64,000 bases of DNA from Longimicrobiales bacterium. Its GTDB lineage: Bacteria > Gemmatimonadota > Gemmatimonadetes > Longimicrobiales > Gaopeijiaceae. Positions 57,791 to 64,000 of the stretch are shown one piece after another; position 1 is the first letter of the stretch; every line of letters begins with the position of its first letter. Position numbers and translations under genes: made by a program. The stretch spans positions 2,624,001-2,688,000 of the forward strand of contig OZ242008.1 of NCBI GenBank assembly GCA_965204735.1, in the 5' to 3' direction. A model generated the notes under the pieces. That model saw nothing but the letters and a program-made list of their open reading frames with translations. It did no database searches and had not been told where the DNA came from.

Positions 57791-60700
57791 ATGATTCACG
57801 CGCGCCTTCCCGACCGACCGCCGGAGCCCGGGGAGCTGGTGCGGGTGCGGTCCCGTCAATGGCTGGTCGAGGCGGTGGAGGAGCCCGGCGGCTCGCCGGT
57901 GGTCAGCCTGGCCTGCGCCGACGACGACGCCCAGGGCCAAGCGCTCCAAGTCTTCTGGGAGTGCGAACTGGACCGCCGGATCCTCCACGACGAGGGCTGG
58001 AACGCGCTGGGCAAGCGGGGCTTCGACGACCCCCGTCGCTTTGCCGCCTTCTTCCACACCCTCCGCTGGAACTGCGTCACCGCCACCGACCCGCGGTTGA
58101 TCCAGTCTCCGTTCCGGGCCGGCATCCGCCTCGACGCCTACCAGATGGAGCCCCTGCGCAAGGCGCTGCGCCTGCCGCGGGTCAACTTGTTCATCGCCGA
58201 CGACACGGGGCTGGGCAAGACCGTGGAGGCCGGCTTGATCGCCCGCGAGCTCCTGCTGCGCAAGAAGGCGAAGACGATCGTGGTCGCCGCGCCTCCCTCG
58301 GTGCTGGAGCAGTGGAAGGGGGAGATGGAAGAGCGGTTCGGCCTCGTCTTCGAGGTCCTGGACCGGGCCTACGTCTCGCGGATGCGAAGGGAGCGCGGCT
58401 TCGGCGTCAATCCGTGGCGCACCCACAGCCGCTTCCTGGTGTCGCACCGGCTGCTGGCGGACCCTGCGTACGCCGACCCCATGCGGGAGTGGCTCGGTCC
58501 GATGTCGCCGGGCAGCCTGCTGATCTTGGACGAAGCCCATCACGCGGCGCCCTCGTCGGGCGGACGCTACGGAATCGAGACCAAGTTCACCCGGGCGGTG
58601 CGCGACTTGGCCGGTCGCTTCGAGCATCGCCTCTTCCTGTCGGCCACGCCCCACAACGGCCACTCCAACAGCTTCGCCACCCTGCTCGAGCTGCTGGACC
58701 CCTACCGCTTCACGCGGGGCGTCAAGGTCCGGGGCAAGCGCGTGCTGGACGACGTCATGGTGCGCCGCCTCAAGGAAGACGTCCGCCAAGTGCAGGGCGG
58801 CTTCCCCAAGCGCAACGTGGTGCGGATCGAGATCGACGGATTGCCCGAGGACGCCCCGGAGATCGCCCTGTCCCGACTGCTGGACGAGTACCGGACCGCT
58901 CGGGAAGCGCGCCACGCCGATGCGCCAAAGGGAGCGAGAGCCGCCGCCGGACTGCTGGTGGTCGGATTGCAGCAGCGGCTGCTGTCGTCCGTCGAAGCGT
59001 TTGCTCGCAGCCTGAAGGTCCACCGGGCAACGGTGCAGAGGCACTGGGAGAAGGCGCGGGCGGCGCCGGGAGAGGACGCGGCCGAGAGCGGGGCGCGGTC
59101 AGCCCGGGCCGACGCCCCTGGCCAACCGGACGCCGAGCCGACGCAAGCCTCATTGCCGGCCGGCAGGCCGACCAGCGCCGCATCGGCGTCCGGACGCACG
59201 TCTTCGACGGGGCTGGACATCTTTCTTGCGCCCCCGGACGCCGACGACGAACGGGCCGACTGGGACGACGCTGAAGCCGAAGCCGAGGAAGCCGCCCAGA
59301 TCGAGGCGATCACGCTGGCGGCGGAAGCGGGAGCAGCGGCAGGCTCGAAGCCAGTCCCCGAGGACCGGGAGGCGGCGCAATGGGCGAACGAGCAGCGGCT
59401 GCTCGACGAGATGGAGCGGATCGCGGAAGAGGCCCGCTACCAACCCGACGCCAAGACCCTTCGCCTGATCGACTGGATTCGGGAGAACCAGTGTCCCGAC
59501 TTGCCGCCGTTCGGGAAGGCGTTGCCGGCGGCTGCCCTCGGACTGGCGCTGGACGATCCGCCTGTCGCCCACGCACTCCCCAAGTGGAACGACCGCCGGG
59601 TCCTGATCTTCACGGAGAACCGCCAGGGCACGAAGCGGTACTTGCGCGAGGTGCTGGAAAGGGCCGTCCGCGGCACCGATCGGGGCGAAGAGCGCATCGA
59701 GGTCATCGACGGGCTCACCAGCGGGGCGAGGCGAAGGGAAGTGCAGCGGCGCTTCAACGCCCGCCCCGAGGCCGATCCGCTGCGCATACTGATCGCCACG
59801 GACGCGGCCCGAGAGGGGCTCAACTTCCAAGCCCACTGCACCGACCTCTTCCACTTCGACCTGCCGTGGAACCCGGGGCGCATCGAGCAGCGCAATGGCC
59901 GGATCGACCGCAAGCTGCAGCCCGCATCGGAGGTCAACTGCCACTACTTCGTGCTGCCCCAGCGGTTCGAGGACCGGGTGCTGGAAGTGCTCGTCGAGAA
60001 GACCGAGACGATCCAGCGCGAGCTGGGCAGCTTGTCCAAGGTCATCGACGCCGACGTGGAGCGCCGCCTGAGCAAGGCCGGCATCCGCCGTCGCGACGCC
60101 GAAGCCCTTCGGGCCGAGATCAAGGGCGCGGACCTGGACGCGTCGCGCAAGCGGGCCGCCATGGAGGAGCTGGAGGACGCCCGCGACCGGCAGGACGAGC
60201 TGGCCGATCAGATCGAGGGCTGCCGGAGCCTTCTCGCCCGCTCCCGGCAGTGGGTGGGCTTCAAGGCCGAGCCGTTCCGGCAGGCCCTCTCGTGCGCCCT
60301 GGAGATGATGCACGCGCCGCCGCTCGCCGAAGGCCGGGACGCAGACGGCCGCCCGGTGTGGACGTTTCCGCCCCTGGGACGCCGCGGCGCCACCGACCCC
60401 AGCTGGACCGCCACCCTCGACTCGCTGCGAGCGCCGATGAAGATGGGCCAGAAGCTGGCCGAGTGGCGCCGCGACGCCCCGATCCGCCCCGTCGTCTTCG
60501 AGGACGCCGGCGTGCTCTCCGACGAAACGGTTCACCTTCACCTGGAACAGCGGATCGCTCAACGGCTGCTGGCCCGCTTCCGCGCGCAGGGGTTCGTCAG
60601 CTTCGACCTGTCCCGCGCCTGCCTCGCCCAAGCCCGCGACTCGACCCCGCGCGTCGTCCTCCTGGGTCGTCTGTGCCTCTACGGCAGCCGGGCGGAGCGG

Positions 60701-61252
60701 CTCCACGAAGTGCTGGTCGCGGTCGCCGCCCGGTGGACGGACCCGAGCCGCCGCGCCGCTCCGCTCCGAGCCTATGCCCGTGACGCGGAGGCGCGCTCGC
60801 TGGAGCTTCTGAACGCATCGCTGGGGACCGGCGCTCGCCTCCCCAACGAGACGGTCCGGCGCAGGCTGTCCGCGGCGCTCCCCCGGGACGTCGCCGACCT
60901 GAAGCCCCAGTTGGAGGAGCGGGCCGACGAGCTTGCCAGCGTGGCCGAACGACGCCTTGCCAAGCGGGGCGAGGCCGAGCGCAGGGACCTTCGCGAGATC
61001 CTCCGGCGCCAGCGCGAACGAGTGGCCGAGGAGCTGGCCAAGCACGAGGACGGCCAATCCCAGCTCGCCCTCGGCCTGGACCCGGCAGAGGCCCGGCAGC
61101 TGGACGCCGACGTGCGTCACTGGCGCCGCCGACTGGACCAGTTCGACCGCGACTTGGCGGAGGAGCCGGACCGCATCCGCGAGTTCTACCAGGTCCGCGC
61201 CCGTCGCGTGGAGCCGGTCGGCGTGGTGTACCTGTGGCCCGAGTCGAACTGA
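57791..61252 (+). CDS. drmD: DISARM SNF2-like helicase DrmD
   Basis: PEPGELVRVRSRQW, ADDDAQG, LPRVNLFIADDTGLGKT, DEAHH, LSATPHNG, QRNGRIDR, C-terminal PVGVVYLWP; upstream of a large adenine MTase. Confidence 0.9.
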   Translation: MIHARLPDRPPEPGELVRVRSRQWLVEAVEEPGGSPVVSLACADDDAQGQALQVFWECELDRRILHDEGWNALGKRGFDDPRRFAAFFHTLRWNCVTATDPRLIQSPFRAGIRLDAYQMEPLRKALRLPRVNLFIADDTGLGKTVEAGLIARELLLRKKAKTIVVAAPPSVLEQWKGEMEERFGLVFEVLDRAYVSRMRRERGFGVNPWRTHSRFLVSHRLLADPAYADPMREWLGPMSPGSLLILDEAHHAAPSSGGRYGIETKFTRAVRDLAGRFEHRLFLSATPHNGHSNSFATLLELLDPYRFTRGVKVRGKRVLDDVMVRRLKEDVRQVQGGFPKRNVVRIEIDGLPEDAPEIALSRLLDEYRTAREARHADAPKGARAAAGLLVVGLQQRLLSSVEAFARSLKVHRATVQRHWEKARAAPGEDAAESGARSARADAPGQPDAEPTQASLPAGRPTSAASASGRTSSTGLDIFLAPPDADDERADWDDAEAEAEEAAQIEAITLAAEAGAAAGSKPVPEDREAAQWANEQRLLDEMERIAEEARYQPDAKTLRLIDWIRENQCPDLPPFGKALPAAALGLALDDPPVAHALPKWNDRRVLIFTENRQGTKRYLREVLERAVRGTDRGEERIEVIDGLTSGARRREVQRRFNARPEADPLRILIATDAAREGLNFQAHCTDLFHFDLPWNPGRIEQRNGRIDRKLQPASEVNCHYFVLPQRFEDRVLEVLVEKTETIQRELGSLSKVIDADVERRLSKAGIRRRDAEALRAEIKGADLDASRKRAAMEELEDARDRQDELADQIEGCRSLLARSRQWVGFKAEPFRQALSCALEMMHAPPLAEGRDADGRPVWTFPPLGRRGATDPSWTATLDSLRAPMKMGQKLAEWRRDAPIRPVVFEDAGVLSDETVHLHLEQRIAQRLLARFRAQGFVSFDLSRACLAQARDSTPRVVLLGRLCLYGSRAERLHEVLVAVAARWTDPSRRAAPLRAYARDAEARSLELLNASLGTGARLPNETVRRRLSAALPRDVADLKPQLEERADELASVAERRLAKRGEAERRDLREILRRQRERVAEELAKHEDGQSQLALGLDPAEARQLDADVRHWRRRLDQFDRDLAEEPDRIREFYQVRARRVEPVGVVYLWPESN

Positions 61253-61323
61253 CCCGAGTTCGCGCCCGGGCGGCTCCCGTACCTGCTTGGCGTCCCCCGA
61301 CGGCGAAGGCTAGATTGGCCGCC

Positions 61324-61659
61324 ATGACGCCGCTTACCCTTGATCTTCCGCCCGAGATGCGCGCCCGGCTCTCCGAAGAAGCCGAGCGTCGCAACGTCAC
61401 CGAGTCGGCATTCGTCCATGCGGTCGTGGAGAAGGCGCTGGCCGCTGCCGAGTCCGTCGCGGACCAAGCGCGGTCTACGGCGGACCCGAGTGAGCCCGGC
61501 GAGTATCGGCCGCGGAGTTCGGCGCGAATGAGCTGCCTGGAGCTGGCGGGCGACCTGATCGGGTGCGTCCGAAGCGGAACCCCCGACTTGGCCACGAACC
61601 CGCGCTATTTAGAGGAGGCGATCGTACGGGACGCGAGACGTTGGCGGAAAGACACGTAG
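61324..61659 (+). CDS. Ribbon-helix-helix (CopG-like) putative antitoxin
   Basis: MTPLTLDLPPEMRARLSEEAERRNVTESAFV; C-terminal SCLELAGDLIG...DLATNPRYL. Confidence 0.7.
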   Translation: MTPLTLDLPPEMRARLSEEAERRNVTESAFVHAVVEKALAAAESVADQARSTADPSEPGEYRPRSSARMSCLELAGDLIGCVRSGTPDLATNPRYLEEAIVRDARRWRKDT

Positions 61660-61710
61660 CTGTAGCGGTCGACACGGGTCCACGTACTTGCACCGAGATA
61701 GCTCGCTACC

Positions 61711-64000
61711 ATGCCGAATCCCAACCCCCAAGTCGCCGCCCACCTCGAATGGATCGGGTTCGTCCGGCCCACCGGGCTTGTCGTGTCGGCCCCGGCGCTG
61801 GTCAGGGCGGGCGCGGTCCTCAACCGCCGGGACTCGGAAGGACAGCAGCGACTGAACGAGTGCGTAGCGGAGCCGCATAACGGCGCGTCGCCGCACTCCG
61901 AGCCGTACATACCGGACTTCCGCACCTTTGCGACCAGGGTACTCGACTGGAACTTCTCCTCCCACGGGTACGCGGGCACCAACGACAGCCCCATCCCGCC
62001 CGAACTGGAAGTTTCGCTCCCCGACTCCGGCGATGTCCTGCGCCCCACCTACGCCGTCCGCACGGGTCGTGGAGAGTCGGACTGGCAACTGCTGGTCTAC
62101 GCCTGCAAGCCGGCCGCAGACCTGGACCACGCGCAACGCACCAAGGGCGGTCCCGACCTCTCTCCCCACGGCAGCATGGAACGGCTGCTCCGCCAGACGG
62201 ACACGCCCGCCGGCCTTCTGTGCAACGGCTCCACGCTGCGGCTGGTGTCGGCACCAAAAGGGGAAAGTTCGGGCTGGCTGGACTTCCGCGTGCGCGACAT
62301 GACCCAGACCGCAGGCCGCCCAATCTGCACCGCCATGCGCCTGCTGCTGGGCCAGAACAGGCTTCTGGGCGTCGGTCGGGCCAAGCGTCTTGCCGGACTG
62401 CTGGAGGAGAGCCGCAAGTACCAGAACGAGGTCAGCGAGCGCCTGTCGGAACAGGTCCTGCACGCCCTCTACGAGCTGCTGCGCGGCTTCCAGGCCGCCC
62501 ACGACGCTTCGCCGGAACAGCTGCTGCTGGGCCGTTTCCTGGACCCTGCCCATCCTCGCGACGACCGAGGGCAGCCGGACGAAGTGTACCGGGGGCTTCT
62601 CGCCCTCGTCCTCCGCCTCATCTTTCTGCTGTACGCGGAGGAACGGGACATGCTGCCCCAGAACGAGACCTTCCTCGGCGCCTACTCCATCGCCGGGCTG
62701 CACAAGCGGCTGACCGCCGACGCCGCGCTCCACCCCGACACCATGGACCAGCGGTACGGCGCCTACGCGCAGCTTCTCGCGCTCTTCCGCATGGTGCACG
62801 ACGGCGCTCGCTCCGGGACGATGACGCTCACGCGCCGCCAAGGCGCCCTCTTCGATCCCGACCGCTACCGCTTTCTGGAGGGCCGCACGAACCAAGTTGC
62901 GGGGGGCCGACAGCCTCACCAGCGGATCGAAGCGCCGCTCGTGTCCGACGGCACGGTGCACCGGGTGCTGGACAAGCTGCTCGTGCTGGACGGCGAGCGC
63001 ATCTCGTACCGAGCACTGGACGTGGAGCACATCGGCTCCGTCTACGAGACGATGATGGGGTTCCGGCTTCGGACGGCCCAGGGTCGGTCGGTTGCGGTCA
63101 AGGCGGGGAAGAAGCACGGGGCGCCGACGACCGTCGATCTGGAAGCGCTGCTGGCCGAAGCGCCCGGCAAGCGGGCCAAGTGGATTCGCGACCGGACTGA
63201 TCGCAACATCGCCACCAGCAAGAAGACGGACAGCGCCGTCCGCGCCGCTGACACTCTCGACGCCCTCCACGCCGCGCTCGACTCCGTCGTCGACAAGCAC
63301 GCCACGCCGGACCTTGTGCACGCGGGCGCCATGGTGCTGCAGCCCAGCGAAGAGCGTCGCCGCTCGGGTTCCCACTACACGCCCCGGGAGCTGACCGAAC
63401 CGATCGTAAGGGAGACGTTGAGGCCGGTGCTGGACCGATTGCGCTCAGGTCCATCTCGGCCCCCCCCCCCCCCCCCCGAAAATTCTCGACCTCAAGGTGT
63501 GCGACCCGGCCATGGGCTCTGGCGCGTTCCTCGTCGAAGCCTGCCGCCAACTTGGGGAGGCCCTTGTCGAGTCCTGGCGCGCTCATGACGTAGTGCCCCG
63601 GATCCCTCCCGGCGAGACCGAGGAGGTGATGGCCCGTCGCATGGTGGCCCAGCGTTGCCTTTACGGCGTGGATCGCAACCCGGTGGCTGTGGACTTGGCC
63701 AAGCTCTCCCTCTGGCTGGTGACTCTGGCGAGGGACCATCCCTTGACCTTCCTGGATCACGCGCTGCGTCACGGCGATTCGCTCGTGGGGCTCTCGCGAC
63801 GCCAGATCAGGTCGTTTCACTGGAAGGGCGAGGCGCCGAACTTCGCGCCCGGATTCGAGGCGATGAAGGCGGACGAGCATCTGGCGAAGGCGAGCGACTG
63901 TCGCCGACGCATTCGAGAGGCTGGGGACGACATGCCCGACGAGAAGAAGCGGGAACTGTGGCGCGAAGCGAAGTCGCACGCGGACGATGCCAAGTTTCTG
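61711..64000 (+). CDS. drmMI: DISARM class I N6-adenine methyltransferase DrmMI, frameshifted at C18 tract; runs off window
   Basis: HLEWIGFVRPTGLVVS, IGSVYE, GSHYTP in the annotated frame; ILDLKVCDPAMGSGAFL...LYGVDRNP...AKLSLWL continues in the +1 frame from 63482, open to 64000. Confidence 0.87.
63460..63477 (+). repeat. Homopolymer C18
   Basis: ...TCTCGG C18 GAAAATTCTCGAC... Confidence 0.97.

Overview
GC-rich bacterial chromosome segment. The gene order (rnz-tyrA-aroA-cmk-rpsA; FmdB-argS-pfkB-purM) and accessory content suggest Gemmatimonadota, possibly host-associated; this is inference. Core content: a long minus-strand housekeeping run (ribD, purM, argS, propionyl-CoA carboxylase/methylmalonyl-CoA mutase, rpsA, cmk, aroA, tyrA, rnz), an RND efflux operon, several secreted/outer-membrane proteins and tRNA-Leu(UAA). 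Defence-type insertions punctuate it: an AAA/PD-(D/E)XK gene, an Rpn nuclease with an internal start, a ~9.5 kb island (PLD-SNF2 helicase, type IIG-like methyltransferase, ABC ATPase, AlbA_2 protein), and an MNT-HEPN pair followed by the start of a class I DISARM locus. Main leads: (1) a pure C18 tract that frameshifts the DISARM adenine methyltransferase just before its SAM-binding motif (candidate phase-variation switch, or a sequencing error); (2) an AT-rich non-coding 11-bp-periodic element present twice, 44.6 kb apart, each time directly upstream of a defence gene; (3) gene stubs at island junctions (a foreign mutase 3' end, a PIN-toxin start, a possible DUF4276 start) that record how the cassettes were assembled.
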